Shown: positions 8,811-20,362 of the stretch, piece after piece
Position numbering within the stretch: the first letter of the stretch is position 1
How the letters are laid out: each line of letters opens with the position of its first letter
Source: Anaeromyxobacter sp.
Lineage (GTDB): Bacteria; Myxococcota; Myxococcia; Myxococcales; Anaeromyxobacteraceae
Length of the DNA: 64,000 bases
Reading direction: 5' to 3'
NCBI GenBank assembly: GCA_049840735.1
Contig: JASGJN010000013.1
Location: 96,001-160,000 of the forward strand
Made by a program: the position numbers and the translations under genes
Notes under the pieces: generated by a model
Told to the model about the DNA's origin: nothing
Seen by the model: the letters and a program-made list of their open reading frames with translations, nothing else
The model's database searches: none

Positions 8811-10847
8811 TCAGCCTGGCCGACCTTCGGCGCGAGCGGCGGCGCGCACGTCCACGCGGTTGTCGTAGAACGTCGAGCCACCCGCCTGATCCGTGAGCCG
8901 CTGGGACGTGAGCGCGTTCACGTTCCGGTCGCCGGGCGCGTGGGCCAGCCAGGACACGCCCTCCGCCACCGCCACGCCTGCTGGGACTCCGTCTCGCACG
9001 CGCAGGATGAACATGGCCTCGCCCAGCTCGTTCCAGGCCACCACCGCCTGGCCGTCCGCCAGCCCGCGCGCCGCCGCCTCCGAGGGCGCGAGCTGCAGGA
9101 GCATGCCTCCGTTGCGGCTGCGCAGCTCGGGCCGCTCCTGGAAGGAGGAGTTGAGCGTATGCAGCGCCGGCGCGGTCACCAGCCGCAGCGGGAGCGGGCC
9201 GTCCTCGGCGTGCGTGGGGAGGAAGCGCGGCAGCGGCTCGGGCAGGCGCGGGTTCAGGAGCTCGATGCGGCCCGAGGGCGTGTCCCAGCGCGGCAGCGCG
9301 GCCGGCGGCGCGAGCTCCACCGGCTCGCCCCCTGCCAGCGCCGCGCGGTCCACCCCGGCGAACCAGGCCGGGTCGACGTGCGCCAGCACCAGGTCGATCA
9401 CCTCGTCTGTGCCGAGCCGGAAGAGCGGCTCGTCGTAGCCCATGGCCGCCGCCAGCCGCTGGAACACCTGCCAGTTGGGCAGCGCCTCCGCCAGCGGCGG
9501 GATGGCGGCCGGCGCGCGCTGCACCACGTACTGGCCGTAGGAGCGGTAGAGGTCGGCGTGCTCCAGCGAGGTGGTGGCCGGGAGCACCACGTCGGCGTGG
9601 CGCGCGGTGTCGGTCATGAAGCGCTCGTGCACCGCCAGGAACAGGTCCTCGCGCCGCAGCCCGGCCAGCACCGCGTTCTGGTCCGGCGCCACCGCGGCGG
9701 GGTTGGCGCACCAGACGTACATGGCCCGCACCGGCGGATCGCGCAGCGCGGTGAGGGCCCGCCCCAGCTCGTTCATGTTGACGAGGCGCGCCGGGCCGTC
9801 CGGCTGCAGGTCCTCGCGCTTGAGGACCGAGAGGTCGAAGGCGCGCGACGAGGCGGTGGAGTGGAGGCAGCCGCCGCCCGGGCGCCCGAACGCGCCCAGC
9901 GCCGCCACCAGCGACACCATGCAGCGCACCGTCATGGCGCCGTTCCCGTAGCGGGTGGGCCCGCCCCCGATGCGGAAGAACGGCGCCCGGGCGCGGGCCA
10001 GCGTCCGCGCCAGCGCCTCGATGGCCTCCGGCGCGAGCCCCACCCGCGCGCTCACCGCCGCCGGCGCGTACTCCGCCAGCGCCCGCGCGCGCAGCTCCGG
10101 CCAGCCCACCGCCTCGCGCGCCAGGAAGGCCTCGTCCGCCAGCCCCTCGCGCGCCAGCACGTGGACGAGCGCCAGCGCCAGCGCGCCGTCCGAGCCGGGG
10201 CGGACCAGCACCACCTCGTCGGCCAGCGCGGCGGAGTCGTTGGCGTAGGTGTCGATGAGCAGCACGCGCCCGCCGCCGCGGCGCGCGTCCTTGGCGCGCT
10301 GGGCGAAGTGGATGCTGGTCGCGACCGCGTTGATGCCCCACAGCACCACCAGGTCGCTCTCGCGCGCCACCTCCGGGCTGGGCCCGACGGTGCGCCCCAT
10401 CACCGCCTCCCACCCCGCGTCCTGCGCCGGGGTGCAGATGGTCCGGTCCAGCCGGGAGGCGCCCATGCGGTGGAAGAACGGGAAGCCGGAGTGGCGCTGC
10501 ACGATGCCCATCGAGCCGGCGTAGGAGTACGGCAGGATGGCCTCGGGCCCGTCCTCGGCGATGATCTGCCTCCAGCGCGAGGTGATGAGCGCGACGGCCT
10601 CGTCCCAGCCTGCGCGCCGGAACTCGCCGGCGCCCTTGGGGCCGGTGCGGATGAGCGGGTGGGTGAGCCGGTCCGGCGAGTGCACCGTCCGGTCGTAGCC
10701 GTTCATCTTGGGGCAGAGCGTGCCGCGCGAGTACGGGTGCCCGGGGTCCCCGCGCACGCGCGCCGCCCGCCCGTCCTCCACCTCGACCAGGAGCCCGCAG
10801 GCGTCGGGGCAGTCGAAGGGGCACACGGAGCGGGCGAGGGTGGGCAT
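8811..10847 (-). CDS. Molybdopterin-dependent oxidoreductase (DMSO reductase superfamily), cytoplasmic
   Basis: N-terminal CPFDCPDAC...LCPK Fe-S motif, RLTHPL, TDTARHADVVLPA, C-terminal dinucleotide-binding domain; no Tat signal. Confidence 0.88.
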   Translation of the reverse strand: MPTLARSVCPFDCPDACGLLVEVEDGRAARVRGDPGHPYSRGTLCPKMNGYDRTVHSPDRLTHPLIRTGPKGAGEFRRAGWDEAVALITSRWRQIIAEDGPEAILPYSYAGSMGIVQRHSGFPFFHRMGASRLDRTICTPAQDAGWEAVMGRTVGPSPEVARESDLVVLWGINAVATSIHFAQRAKDARRGGGRVLLIDTYANDSAALADEVVLVRPGSDGALALALVHVLAREGLADEAFLAREAVGWPELRARALAEYAPAAVSARVGLAPEAIEALARTLARARAPFFRIGGGPTRYGNGAMTVRCMVSLVAALGAFGRPGGGCLHSTASSRAFDLSVLKREDLQPDGPARLVNMNELGRALTALRDPPVRAMYVWCANPAAVAPDQNAVLAGLRREDLFLAVHERFMTDTARHADVVLPATTSLEHADLYRSYGQYVVQRAPAAIPPLAEALPNWQVFQRLAAAMGYDEPLFRLGTDEVIDLVLAHVDPAWFAGVDRAALAGGEPVELAPPAALPRWDTPSGRIELLNPRLPEPLPRFLPTHAEDGPLPLRLVTAPALHTLNSSFQERPELRSRNGGMLLQLAPSEAAARGLADGQAVVAWNELGEAMFILRVRDGVPAGVAVAEGVSWLAHAPGDRNVNALTSQRLTDQAGGSTFYDNRVDVRAAARAEGRPG

Positions 10848-10962
10848 GGCCGGAACATAATCGAATCCCCGGCCTCGCGCGATCGACCCGGGGCACGGCC
10901 CGCGTGGCCGCTTGAGGGCGCGCCCGGCCGGGCCCATGCTCCGCCCCGACACGGGAGGGCGC

Positions 10963-12201
10963 ATGCCCACGGAGGCGCGGCAGGTCGGCTACATGGGGCG
11001 GCGCGCGGTGGCGCTGTCCGCCGGGCAGGCCTCGCTGGTGGTGGACGAGCTGGGCGGGATGGTGCCGGTGTTCGGGCTACGGCGCGGCGCAGGGCTGCTC
11101 AACGCCCACTGGATCCCGGAGTTCCGCGACACCTCCGGCCAGCCCTGGTCCGAGGCCGCGCACGGCGCCTACTGGAAGGGGAAGCTCCTCCACCACCTCG
11201 CCGGGGACTTCCCCTGCGCGCCCAGCTTCGGTCCGCCCTGCACCGTGGACGGCGTCGAGCACCCGGCGCACGGGTGGACCGCCGAGGAGGCGTGGCGGCT
11301 GGAAGCCGCGGGCGTGGACGAGGCCACCGGCGCCCCCTTCGCCCGCTTCGCGCTGGAGAGCCCGGCCCCGGGCCTCCCGCTCTCGTTCCAGCGCTGCGAT
11401 CTCCTCCTGCCCGGCGCGCCGGCCTACGCCAGCGTGCTCCGCATCCGCAACCGCGGCGCCGCGCCGGTGGCGGTCAACGCAGCCCGGCACAACACCGTCG
11501 GCGCCCCCTTCCTCGCAGCCGGGTGCCGCATCTCGCTCCCCGGCAACCGCTTCATGGCCGCCGGAGACGGGACCGAGTTCGAGGCCACCGGCCGGCTGCT
11601 GGGCGGGGTCGAGTTCGGCGCGCTGGAGGCCGCGCCGCTGCGGGAGGGCGGCCAGGTGGACGCCGGCGCGGTACCCGGCCCCATCGGCTTCACCGACCTG
11701 GTGGCCGGCGCCATCCCGCCCGGCCTGGCGCTGGGCTGGAGCTGCGTCGTGAACCCGGCGCTGCGGCTCGCCTACCTCTGCTTCTTCCCGGGCGTCGCCG
11801 CGCTGCCGCCGGGCGAGCTCGCGCCCACCTTCAACATCCTCTGGATGCAGTACGGCGGCCGCCCCTTCACCCCCTGGGCGCTGCACGAGGGCGGCGGCGA
11901 CCGCACCTTCTGCCTCGGCACGGAGAACGGCGTCTGCGGCTTCGCCAACGGGCTGGCCTGGTGCCGCGCCCACCCCGCGCTGCTCGGCAACGCCACCACC
12001 GCCGAGGTCCCGGCGGGCGGCGAGCGGACCCTGGTCTATGCCACGGCGCTGGTGCCGCTCGAGCCGGCGCTGCTGGCCGAGGGCGTGCGCGGGGTGGAAG
12101 CCGAGGCCGGCGCGCTGGTGCTCCGCGGCGCGCGGGCGTTCCAGCGCGTGGCCGGGGCGGACCTGGCGGTGGCGCGCGCGGTGGCGGCGGTTGGGCGTTG
12201 A
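10963..12201 (+). CDS. Hypothetical protein, possibly galactose mutarotase/aldose epimerase-like fold
   Basis: GGGAGG RBS; HPAHGW and HNT motifs plus a C-terminal LGTE resemble the mutarotase-like superfamily. Confidence 0.5.
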   Translation: MPTEARQVGYMGRRAVALSAGQASLVVDELGGMVPVFGLRRGAGLLNAHWIPEFRDTSGQPWSEAAHGAYWKGKLLHHLAGDFPCAPSFGPPCTVDGVEHPAHGWTAEEAWRLEAAGVDEATGAPFARFALESPAPGLPLSFQRCDLLLPGAPAYASVLRIRNRGAAPVAVNAARHNTVGAPFLAAGCRISLPGNRFMAAGDGTEFEATGRLLGGVEFGALEAAPLREGGQVDAGAVPGPIGFTDLVAGAIPPGLALGWSCVVNPALRLAYLCFFPGVAALPPGELAPTFNILWMQYGGRPFTPWALHEGGGDRTFCLGTENGVCGFANGLAWCRAHPALLGNATTAEVPAGGERTLVYATALVPLEPALLAEGVRGVEAEAGALVLRGARAFQRVAGADLAVARAVAAVGR

Positions 12202-12233
12202 CGCGGCGGCGCCGCTGGCCCACCCTCCGGCGC

Positions 12234-13208
12234 ATGCGAGCCCTCGTCACCGGCGCGGCCGGCTTCCTCGGCCAGGCCCTGGTCCGCCAGCTCCTGGCGC
12301 GCGGCGACGCGGTGCGCGCGCTGGTCCGCCGCGAGAGCCCCGAGCTCGCCGCGCTGGGCGCGGAGGTGGTGCTGGGCGACGCCACCGACCCGGCGGCGCT
12401 GCGGGCCGCGGTGCGCGACCAGGCGCTGGTCTTCCACCTGGCGGGCGTGCGCCGCGCCACCGATCCGGCCGAGTTCCAGCGCGTCAACGCCGAGGGGACG
12501 CGTGCGGCGCTGGAGGCGTGCCTGGCCGCCGCGCCCGGGCTGACGCGCTTCGTGCTGGCCGGGTCGCGGGCGGCGGTGGCGCCCTCGGCCGAGCCGGTGG
12601 ACGAGGACGCGCCGCTGGCGCCGGTGGAGGCCTACGGCGCGTCCAAGGCGGAGGCGGAGCGGATCGCGCTCGGGTACACCGGCCGGCTGCCGGTGGCGGT
12701 GGCCCGGCCGCCGCGCATCATGGGGGCGGGGGATCGCGAGAACCTGCTCTTCTTCAAGATCGCCCGGCGCGGCCTGGCGCTGGCCTTCGGCCGGACGCCG
12801 CGCCCCCTCTCCTGGATCGACGTCGACGACTGCGCGCGCGGCTTCCTGGCCCTGGCCGGACGCCCCGAGGCGCTGGGGCGCCCCTTCTTCCTGGCCTCGG
12901 AGGAGGCGACCAGCGCGGAGGGGCTCATGGAGGAGGCGGGGCGCGCGCTGGGACTCCGCACCCGGCGGGTGGTGATTCCACCCTCGGTGCTGCGCGCCAC
13001 CGCGCGCTGCGCCGACGTGGTGACCGACCTCACCGGCCGCAAGCTCCCCCTCAACCGGAAGCTGGCGGCGCAGGTGCTGGCACCGGGCTGGCGCTGCTCG
13101 CCCGCGCGGGCCCGCGCCGAGCTGGGGTTCGAGGCCACCACGCCGCTGGCCGTCTCGGTCGAGCGGGCCGCGCGCTGGTACCAGGCCCGGGGCTGGCTCC
13201 CGGCCTGA
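12234..13208 (+). CDS. NAD-dependent epimerase/dehydratase (extended SDR)
   Basis: TGAAGFLG, FHLAG and YGASK motifs. Confidence 0.9.
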   Translation: MRALVTGAAGFLGQALVRQLLARGDAVRALVRRESPELAALGAEVVLGDATDPAALRAAVRDQALVFHLAGVRRATDPAEFQRVNAEGTRAALEACLAAAPGLTRFVLAGSRAAVAPSAEPVDEDAPLAPVEAYGASKAEAERIALGYTGRLPVAVARPPRIMGAGDRENLLFFKIARRGLALAFGRTPRPLSWIDVDDCARGFLALAGRPEALGRPFFLASEEATSAEGLMEEAGRALGLRTRRVVIPPSVLRATARCADVVTDLTGRKLPLNRKLAAQVLAPGWRCSPARARAELGFEATTPLAVSVERAARWYQARGWLPA

Positions 13209-13289
13209 CCGCGCACCCTGCGGCGACCCGCCTTGGGTACCGCTTGTCCTTGCCAAGGGGGCGGGGGCCGAAATAGACGTGTCACGACC

Positions 13290-13967
13290 ATGCAGGACAG
13301 ACCCAAGGCCGCGTTCTTCGACGTGGATGGCACGCTCGTGCGCACCAACATCGTGCACGCGTTCGCCTATTACGCCATGAACCAGGGGTCGATCCTGGGC
13401 ACCGCCTGGCAGACGGCGCGCACCGTGCTGTCCTTGCCGGTGTTCCTGGCCACGGATTGGTTCGACCGCAAGACCTTCAACGAGCTCTTCTACACCTACT
13501 ACCGGGGGCAGTCCGAGGACCGGCTCCAGGCGCTCTCCGGGGAGCTGTTCGAGGACGTGCTCCGCCCCGCCATCTACCCGGGCACGCCGCGGCTGGTCGA
13601 GGAGGCCCGCCGCGCCGGCTGCCGCATCGTGCTGGTGAGCGGCGCGCTCGACTTCACCATCCGGCACCTGGCCGGGCACCTCGGCGCCGACGACGTCATC
13701 GCCAACCGGATGCGCTTCGTGCACGGCGTGGCCACCGGCCACGTGGTGCCGCCCATCATCGAGGGCGCCCACAAGGCGCTGGTGATCCGCGACTACTGCG
13801 TCCGGAACGGCCTGGCGCTCGAGAAGAGCTTCGCCTACTCGGACTCGTTCTCCGACTACCCCATGCTCGCGGTGGTGGGCCACCCCGCCGCGGTGAACCC
13901 GGACGCGCGCCTCGGCCGCGTCGCCCGCGCCTACGAGTGGCCCATCCTGCGCACGACGGAGGGTTGA
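13290..13967 (+). CDS. HAD-IB family (PSP-like) phosphatase
   Basis: [21 protein letters not shown] and AVNPD motifs. Confidence 0.9.
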   Translation: MQDRPKAAFFDVDGTLVRTNIVHAFAYYAMNQGSILGTAWQTARTVLSLPVFLATDWFDRKTFNELFYTYYRGQSEDRLQALSGELFEDVLRPAIYPGTPRLVEEARRAGCRIVLVSGALDFTIRHLAGHLGADDVIANRMRFVHGVATGHVVPPIIEGAHKALVIRDYCVRNGLALEKSFAYSDSFSDYPMLAVVGHPAAVNPDARLGRVARAYEWPILRTTEG

Positions 13968-13972
13968 ACCCC

Positions 13973-15587
13973 ATGCGAGAGCCCCGGAGCCTCCAGCGCT
14001 TCTACGAGGCGACCGAGCAGATTGTCACCATCGACCGCGACTCCCCGCCCCGGGTCCTGTTCTCCGGCGAGGACCTGCTGGTCGAGGACCTGCCGGTGGG
14101 CACCAAGGTCATCTACCCCAAGCCGCCCGTGGCGGGCCTGCCCAACGTGAAGGCGGCCATCCGCCAGGCCATCAACCGGCCGCACGGCTGCGACCCGCTC
14201 CACGCCAAGCTGCGGCCGGGCATGAAGGTGACCATCGCCCTGGACGACATCTCGCTCCCGCTGCCGCCCATGCGCACGCCGGACGTCCGCCAGCAGGTGC
14301 TGGAGGTGATCCTGCCGCTGCTGGCCGACTCGGGCGTCGACGACGTCCACCTGGTGATCGCCGTCTGCCTGCACCGCCACATGACCGAGGCGGAGATGCG
14401 GCGCATGGTGGGCGACCGGATCTTCGACGCCTACTACCCGGACCGCTACTACAACCACGACGCCGAGGATCCGGACGGGCTGGTGGTGCTCGGCACCACG
14501 CGCCACGGCGAGAAGGTCATCATCAACCGGCGCGCCGCCGAGTCCGACCTCCTCATCTACGTGAACCTGAACCTCGTCCCCATGGACGGCGGCCACAAGT
14601 CGGTCGGCACCGGGCTCACCAACTACGAGGGCGTGAAGGCCCACCACACGCCGCACCACATCCGCAAGTCCGACTCGTACATGGACCCGGAGCGCTCCGA
14701 GCTGCACCGGTCGGTCGACCGCATCGGCAAGGTCATCGACCAGGAGCTGGACGTCTTCCACATCGAGACGACCATCAACAACCGGATGTTCGACGGCCCG
14801 CTCTCCTTCCTCATGAAGCGCGAGGAGGACTTCACCGAGCTGGACCGGCTGGCGCTGGCCGGCACGCGCACCGCGCTCAAGCACCTGCCCGCGGCGGCCA
14901 AGCGGAAGCTCTTCCAGGCCGTGCCCGCCGCCTACGAGGTGATCGCGGTGGCGGCCGGCAGCACCGAGCCCACCCACGCCGAGATCCTGAAGGCCAGCTG
15001 GAACCAGTACGCGGTGGACGTGGACTTCCAGGCCGACGTGCTGGTCTACGGCGTCCCCTTCGTCTCGCCCTACAACGTCAACTCGAATCCTGAACCCGCT
15101 GCTGGTCCAGGTGATGGCCTGCGGGTACTTCTTCAACTTCTACCGGGGCAAGCCGCTGCTGAAGAAGGGCGGCACGCTGATCCTCACCCACCCCTGCTCG
15201 GACAGCTTCGACCCGGTCCACCACCCCAGCTACATCGAGTTCTTCCACCGGCTGCTGCCCGAGACGCGCGACGCGAAGGTGCTGGAGCAGAAGTACGAGC
15301 GCGAGTTCGCCGAGAACCCGACCTACGTGCACCTGTACCGGACCGGCAACGCGTACCACGGCGCCCACCCGTTCTTCATGTGGTACTGGGGCGAGAACGG
15401 CCGCCAGCACATGGGCCGGATCATCGCGGTGGGCGCGGACAACGCGCACGTGCCGCGGCTCATGGGCTGGGAGGTGGCCGAGACGCTTGCCGAGGCCATC
15501 GACATGGCCCGCTCCACCCACGGGCGCACGGCCGAGATCGCCATGATGCACCACCCGCCCATCGTCATGACCCAGAACCTCGGATGA
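13973..15587 (+). CDS. Lactate-racemase (LarA/DUF2088)-domain protein; apparent +1 frameshift at ~15086
   Basis: [36 protein letters not shown] and GGHKS resemble LarA N-terminal motifs. Removing one A from GAATC 15085-15089 gives [21 protein letters not shown], joining ORF 15111..15587. Confidence 0.75.
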
Positions 15588-18500
15588 GCGGACACCGCGA
15601 TCATCACGGGCCCACCCCCGCCCGCCCAGGCCGCGCCCCCGGCGCCGGCCCGGCCCCGGCGCTCGACGTGGCGCGCCTGCTGGAGGGGCGGAAGCTCCTC
15701 GTCACCGGGGCCACCGGCTTCGTCGGCAAGGTGGCGCTGTCGCTGCTGCTCCACCGCTACCCGGGCGTGGGGAAGGTCTTCGTGCTGGTCCGCCCCGGCA
15801 CCGGCGGCACCGCCGAGGCCCGCTTCTTCGGGAAGGTGGTGCCCGGGCGCCCCTTCGACCCGCTCCGCGCGCAGCACGGCGACCGGTTCGACGCGTTCAT
15901 GCGGGAGAAGTGCGTCCCGGTGGCCGGCGACGTCTCCGATCCGCTGCTCGGCCTCTCCGAGGCCGACCTGGCGCGGCTGGAGGGGCTGGACCTGGTCGTC
16001 AACTCGGCCGGGCTGGTGGACTTCGATCCCTCGCTGGAGCTGGCGCTGGGCGTGAACGTCCACGGCGCCGCCCACGGCGTCGAGCTCTGCCGCCGCCTGG
16101 GGGCCGGGCTGGTGCACGTCTCCACCTGCTTCGTGGCCGGCAACCGCGACGGCGTGGTCTTCGAGGACGAGCCGGTGGTGGGCTACTTCCCCAGGCGTGA
16201 GGGCGTGGTGGCCGGGCGGGGCAAGGCGCCCGACCTGGCCCACGCCGACTTCGCGGTGGCCACCGAGCTGGCGGACGCCGAGCGGCGCATCGCCGAGGTG
16301 CGCGCGCAGGCCGAGGACCACGTGCAGCAGTCGGCCTTCCGCGAGCGCGCGCTGGAGCGGCTGCGGGCCGAGGGGCGGCCGGTCGAGGACGAGAAGGCGC
16401 TGCGGCTGGCCATGGGACGCGAGAAGCGGCTCTGGCTCTCCGGCAAGCTGGTCGAGGTGGGCATGGTCCGCGCCCGCCACTGGGGCTGGCCCAACACCTA
16501 CACGTACACCAAGTCGCTGGGCGAGCAGGCCATCGCGGCCAGCGACGTGACCTGGGCGCTGGCCCGCCCCTCCATCGTGGAGAGCGCGCTGCGCTTCCCC
16601 TTCCCCGGCTGGAACGAGGGGTTCACCACCAGCGCGCCGCTGGCGTTCATGGGGCTCAAGGGGCACCGCACCTTCCCGGCCGCCGAGAAGGCGGTGCTGG
16701 ACGTGGTGCCGGTGGACCTGATCGCCGCCGGCGTGCTGCTCGGCGCCGCCGACGTGCTGGAGCGGCGCGCGCTGCGCCAGGGCCGGCCGCCCGCCGAGGC
16801 GGACCAGGCGGCGCCGCAGGGCCGCGTGCTGCACCTCGCCTCCGGCGACGTGAACCCGCTCTGGGCGCGGCGCGCGGTGGAGCTGACCGCGCTCTACCGG
16901 CGCCGCTTCTTCCGCGACCGCGAGGAGGGGAACGCCACCTGGAACCGGCTGCTCTCGCGCATCGAGCCGCAGTCGGTCTCCAAGACCCGCTACGAGGCCC
17001 TCTCCAGCCCGGCGCTGGCCGCGCTGGCCCGCGGCGCCAAGCGGCTCATCGAGGAGCAGGGGCCGCGCTGGGGCGCGCCCCGCGTCTCCGCGCTGCTGCA
17101 CGGCCTGGGCAACGAGCTGGACGAGTGGACGCGCCGGTTCGAGCAGACCAAGGCGATGTGGGACCTGTACCTGCCCTTCATCTGGGAGAACAAGTACGTG
17201 TTCCGCTGCGCCTCGGTGCGGGCGCTGCGCGACCGGCTCTCCGCGGAGGACCGGGCCCGGCTGGCCTGGGACCCCGAGGCGCTCGACTGGCGCCAGTACT
17301 GGCTCGAGGTCCACCTGAAGGGCATGGAGGAGTGGGTCTTCCCCGGCCTGGAGGAGGAGGCCGGCCGGCGCGTGCACGCGCCGCGCGCCCACCGCGACCT
17401 GCTCGAGCTGCTCGACGCCGCCTGCGAGGCCTGGAGGGACCGGACCGCGCTGCGCATGGCGGGGGCCGCCAAGGAGCGGTTCACCTACGGTGAACTCCGC
17501 CGCTTCTCGGACCGCGTGGCCGCCCACCTGGCCAGCCGCGGCGTGAAGAAGGGCGACCGCGTCCTGCTGGTCAGCGAGAACCGGCCGGAGTGGGCCGCGG
17601 CCTACTTCGGCATCCTGCGGGCCGGCGCGGCCGCCGTCCCGGTGGACGCCCAGCTCTCCGAGGCCGAGCTGGGCAACCTGTGGCGGACCGCCGGCGCCCG
17701 GCTGGCGCTGCTCTCGGACGAGGTGGCGGAGCGCGTGCCTGGCCTGGCCCCCCTGGCGGCGGCCGCGGTGGCCGGCGCCGAGGTGGTCCGGCTGGCCGAG
17801 GCGCTGGAGGGCGGCCCCGCCGTGCCGGCCGCCCGCATCGGCCCCGACAATCTGGCCTCGCTCATCTTCACCAGCGGCACCACCGGCACGCCCAAGGGCG
17901 TGATGCTCTCGCACCGGAACTTCGCCAGCCTGGTGGCGAAGCTGGTCACCGTCTTCGACCTGGGGCCGGGCGACGGCATGCTCTCGGTGCTGCCGCTCCA
18001 CCACACCTTCGAGTTCACCGCCGGGCTGCTGGTGCCGCTCTCGCGCGGCGCCGAGGTGGAGTACCTGGACGAGCTGACCGCCGACCGGCTGGGCGACGCG
18101 CTCGGCTCCGGCCGCGTCACCGCGCTCATCGGCGTGCCGGCGCTCTGGTCGCTCCTGCACCGCCGCATCACGCAGGAGCTGGCGGCGAAGCCGGGGGTGG
18201 TGGAGCGCGCCTTCGAGGCGCTCATGAAGGGCAACGCCGCCCTCCGCGACTCGCCGCTGGGCTGGAACCTGGGCAAGCTGCTGTTCTGGCCCGTCCACCG
18301 CAAGCTGGGCGGGCGCCTGCGCCTGCTGGTCTCCGGCGGCTCCGCGCTCGACCCCAAGGTGCAGCAGGCCTTCAGCGACCTGGGCTTCGACCTGTACGAG
18401 GGCTACGGGCTCACCGAGGCGGCGCCGGTGCTGGCCGTCTCCAAGCCGGACGGCGACGCGCCGACCGGGAGCGTGGGGCCGGCCCTGCCCGGCGTGGAGC

Positions 18501-20362
18501 TGCGCATCGCCGACCCCGACGCGCACGGCGTGGGCGAGGTGCTGGCGCGCGGCCCCAACGTGATGATGGGCTACTGGCGCGGCGGGGACCGGCCGGGCGT
18601 GGACGAGGCGCTCACCGCCGAGGTCCTGGCCGACGGCTGGCTGCGCACCGGCGATCTCGGCAAGCTGGACGCGGCCGGGAACCTGACGCTGGTCGGCCGC
18701 AAGAAGGACGTGATCATCGACGCGAACGGGAAGAACGTCTACCCGGACGAGGTCGAGGAGCGCTACCGCAAGCCCGGGCTGGTGAAGGAGCTGTGCGTGG
18801 TGGGGCTGCCGGAAGGGACGGCCGAGAAGGTCGCCATGCTGGTGGTGCCCGACTACGGCGAGCGCCCGCGGGCCGAGGTGCGGGCCGAGCTGGAGGGCCA
18901 CCTGCGCGCCGTCTCCGCCGCCCTCCCCTTCCACCAGCGGGTCAAGGTCTGGCACCTGGTGGACGCCGACCTCCCCAAGACCGCCACCCGCAAGATCAAG
19001 CGGGCGCCGGTCCGCGACGAGCTCCTGCGGCTCGAGGAGGCCAGCGCGCGCGGGCGCCGCGTGCGCGAGGGCGGGCGCGAGGCCCGGTCCGGCGACGGCT
19101 GGCTGCTGGAGCTCCTGGCCGAGGTCACGCGCCGGCCCCGGGCCGACGTGACCCGCGAGGCCCGGCTGCAGGCCGACCTCGGCATCGACTCGCTGATGCT
19201 CACCGAGCTGACCGCCGCGCTGGAGGAGGCCGGCGTGCCGCCCGCGGCCGCCGACCAGCTCCACGCCGTGCAGACGGTGGAGGAGCTCTTGCGGCTGGTC
19301 TCCGGCGCGGTGCACCGGGCCGAGGCGCGCCCCGCCGCCGCCCGCCGGCACGCCGAGCCGGCCGAGGAGGAGATCCCTGTTCCGGCGCCGCTGGCCCAGC
19401 TGGGCCGGCGGCTGCTGGCGCTCGGGCAGCGCACGCTCTACGAGGAGCTGTACCGGACGCAGGTGGTCGGCGCGGCCCACGTGCCGCACGGCCGGAACGT
19501 CCTGGTGGTCGCCAACCACGCCAGCCACCTGGACATGGGGCTGGTGAAGGTGGCGCTGGCCGAGGAGGGCGAGAAGCTCGCCGCCCTGGCCGCGCGCGAC
19601 TACTTCTTCGACACGCCGCTCAAGCGCGCCTACTTCGAGAACTTCACCAACCTCATCCCCATGGACCGCGAGGGCTCGCTGAAGACCAGCCTCCGCGCGG
19701 CCACCGAGGCGCTGCGGCGCGGGTATCACCTGCTCATCTTCCCGGAGGGCACCCGCTCCCGGACCGGCGAGCTGGGCGCGTTCTTCCCCACCGCCGGCTA
19801 CCTGGCGCTCCACTCCGGCGTGGACGTGCTGCCCGTCCACCTGGCCGGCACCTTCGAGGCCCTGCCGCCCGGCAGCGCCCTCCCCCGGCGCGCCGAGCTC
19901 GAGGTCCGGTTCGGCCCCGTGATCCCGGTGGCGGCGCTGGAGCAGCGCACCGCCGGCCTGCCGCGCAGCGAGGCCTACCGCGCCGCCACGCAGGTGATGG
20001 AGGAGGCGGTGCGCGCGCTGCGGGACGAGGCGCTGGCCGTCCGCGCCGGGGGCTCGCCGGCCGCCGGCGGTCACCCGGCGGCGACGTCCGCCGCGCCGGC
20101 GGGCCCGGCCGGCGGCGACGGCAGCCCCGGCGGCGCTTCCCCCGCGGCAGGGCGCCCGGTTCCCGCGCCGGCGCACGCCACGCCGTCCGCTTCGCCAGCC
20201 GCCGCGCCGTCCGCTACGCCAGCCGCCGCGCCAGCCGCCGGCGCTGCGCCGGCGCACGCCACCATCGACGCCCCGCCGGGCGCTCCGTCCGCCGGCCATG
20301 CCGGCGCGGGCGCCGCCGGGAGCGGGGAGGCGCCGCGCGGCGCCCGGAGGGAGGACAGGTGA
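15584..20362 (+). CDS. elbD: ElbD-like multifunctional enzyme: fatty acyl reductase + acyl-CoA synthetase-like A domain + carrier (T) domain + PlsC acyltransferase (1592 aa)
   Basis: [17 protein letters not shown] (FAR); [17 protein letters not shown] and RTGDLG (AMP-binding); DLGIDSL (Ppant site); NHASHLD and IFPEGTRS (PlsC). ATGA overlap with the upstream gene; domain order matches myxobacterial ElbD. Confidence 0.88.
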   Translation: MSGHRDHHGPTPARPGRAPGAGPAPALDVARLLEGRKLLVTGATGFVGKVALSLLLHRYPGVGKVFVLVRPGTGGTAEARFFGKVVPGRPFDPLRAQHGDRFDAFMREKCVPVAGDVSDPLLGLSEADLARLEGLDLVVNSAGLVDFDPSLELALGVNVHGAAHGVELCRRLGAGLVHVSTCFVAGNRDGVVFEDEPVVGYFPRREGVVAGRGKAPDLAHADFAVATELADAERRIAEVRAQAEDHVQQSAFRERALERLRAEGRPVEDEKALRLAMGREKRLWLSGKLVEVGMVRARHWGWPNTYTYTKSLGEQAIAASDVTWALARPSIVESALRFPFPGWNEGFTTSAPLAFMGLKGHRTFPAAEKAVLDVVPVDLIAAGVLLGAADVLERRALRQGRPPAEADQAAPQGRVLHLASGDVNPLWARRAVELTALYRRRFFRDREEGNATWNRLLSRIEPQSVSKTRYEALSSPALAALARGAKRLIEEQGPRWGAPRVSALLHGLGNELDEWTRRFEQTKAMWDLYLPFIWENKYVFRCASVRALRDRLSAEDRARLAWDPEALDWRQYWLEVHLKGMEEWVFPGLEEEAGRRVHAPRAHRDLLELLDAACEAWRDRTALRMAGAAKERFTYGELRRFSDRVAAHLASRGVKKGDRVLLVSENRPEWAAAYFGILRAGAAAVPVDAQLSEAELGNLWRTAGARLALLSDEVAERVPGLAPLAAAAVAGAEVVRLAEALEGGPAVPAARIGPDNLASLIFTSGTTGTPKGVMLSHRNFASLVAKLVTVFDLGPGDGMLSVLPLHHTFEFTAGLLVPLSRGAEVEYLDELTADRLGDALGSGRVTALIGVPALWSLLHRRITQELAAKPGVVERAFEALMKGNAALRDSPLGWNLGKLLFWPVHRKLGGRLRLLVSGGSALDPKVQQAFSDLGFDLYEGYGLTEAAPVLAVSKPDGDAPTGSVGPALPGVELRIADPDAHGVGEVLARGPNVMMGYWRGGDRPGVDEALTAEVLADGWLRTGDLGKLDAAGNLTLVGRKKDVIIDANGKNVYPDEVEERYRKPGLVKELCVVGLPEGTAEKVAMLVVPDYGERPRAEVRAELEGHLRAVSAALPFHQRVKVWHLVDADLPKTATRKIKRAPVRDELLRLEEASARGRRVREGGREARSGDGWLLELLAEVTRRPRADVTREARLQADLGIDSLMLTELTAALEEAGVPPAAADQLHAVQTVEELLRLVSGAVHRAEARPAAARRHAEPAEEEIPVPAPLAQLGRRLLALGQRTLYEELYRTQVVGAAHVPHGRNVLVVANHASHLDMGLVKVALAEEGEKLAALAARDYFFDTPLKRAYFENFTNLIPMDREGSLKTSLRAATEALRRGYHLLIFPEGTRSRTGELGAFFPTAGYLALHSGVDVLPVHLAGTFEALPPGSALPRRAELEVRFGPVIPVAALEQRTAGLPRSEAYRAATQVMEEAVRALRDEALAVRAGGSPAAGGHPAATSAAPAGPAGGDGSPGGASPAAGRPVPAPAHATPSASPAAAPSATPAAAPAAGAAPAHATIDAPPGAPSAGHAGAGAAGSGEAPRGARREDR

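Noticed and set aside
15323..20299. Long antisense or alternative-frame ORFs (also 8940..12230 +, 40906..43353 -, 50863..53799 -, 37829..40843 +)
   Set aside because: Arg/Gly/Ala/Pro-rich shadows of well-supported genes with no recognisable motifs.
13457..20362. 2301-aa ORF read as a LarA-ElbD megafusion
   Set aside because: It results from the +1 insertion at ~15086 plus stop-poor GC-rich frames; the corrected reading gives separate genes with an ATGA overlap at 15584-15587.
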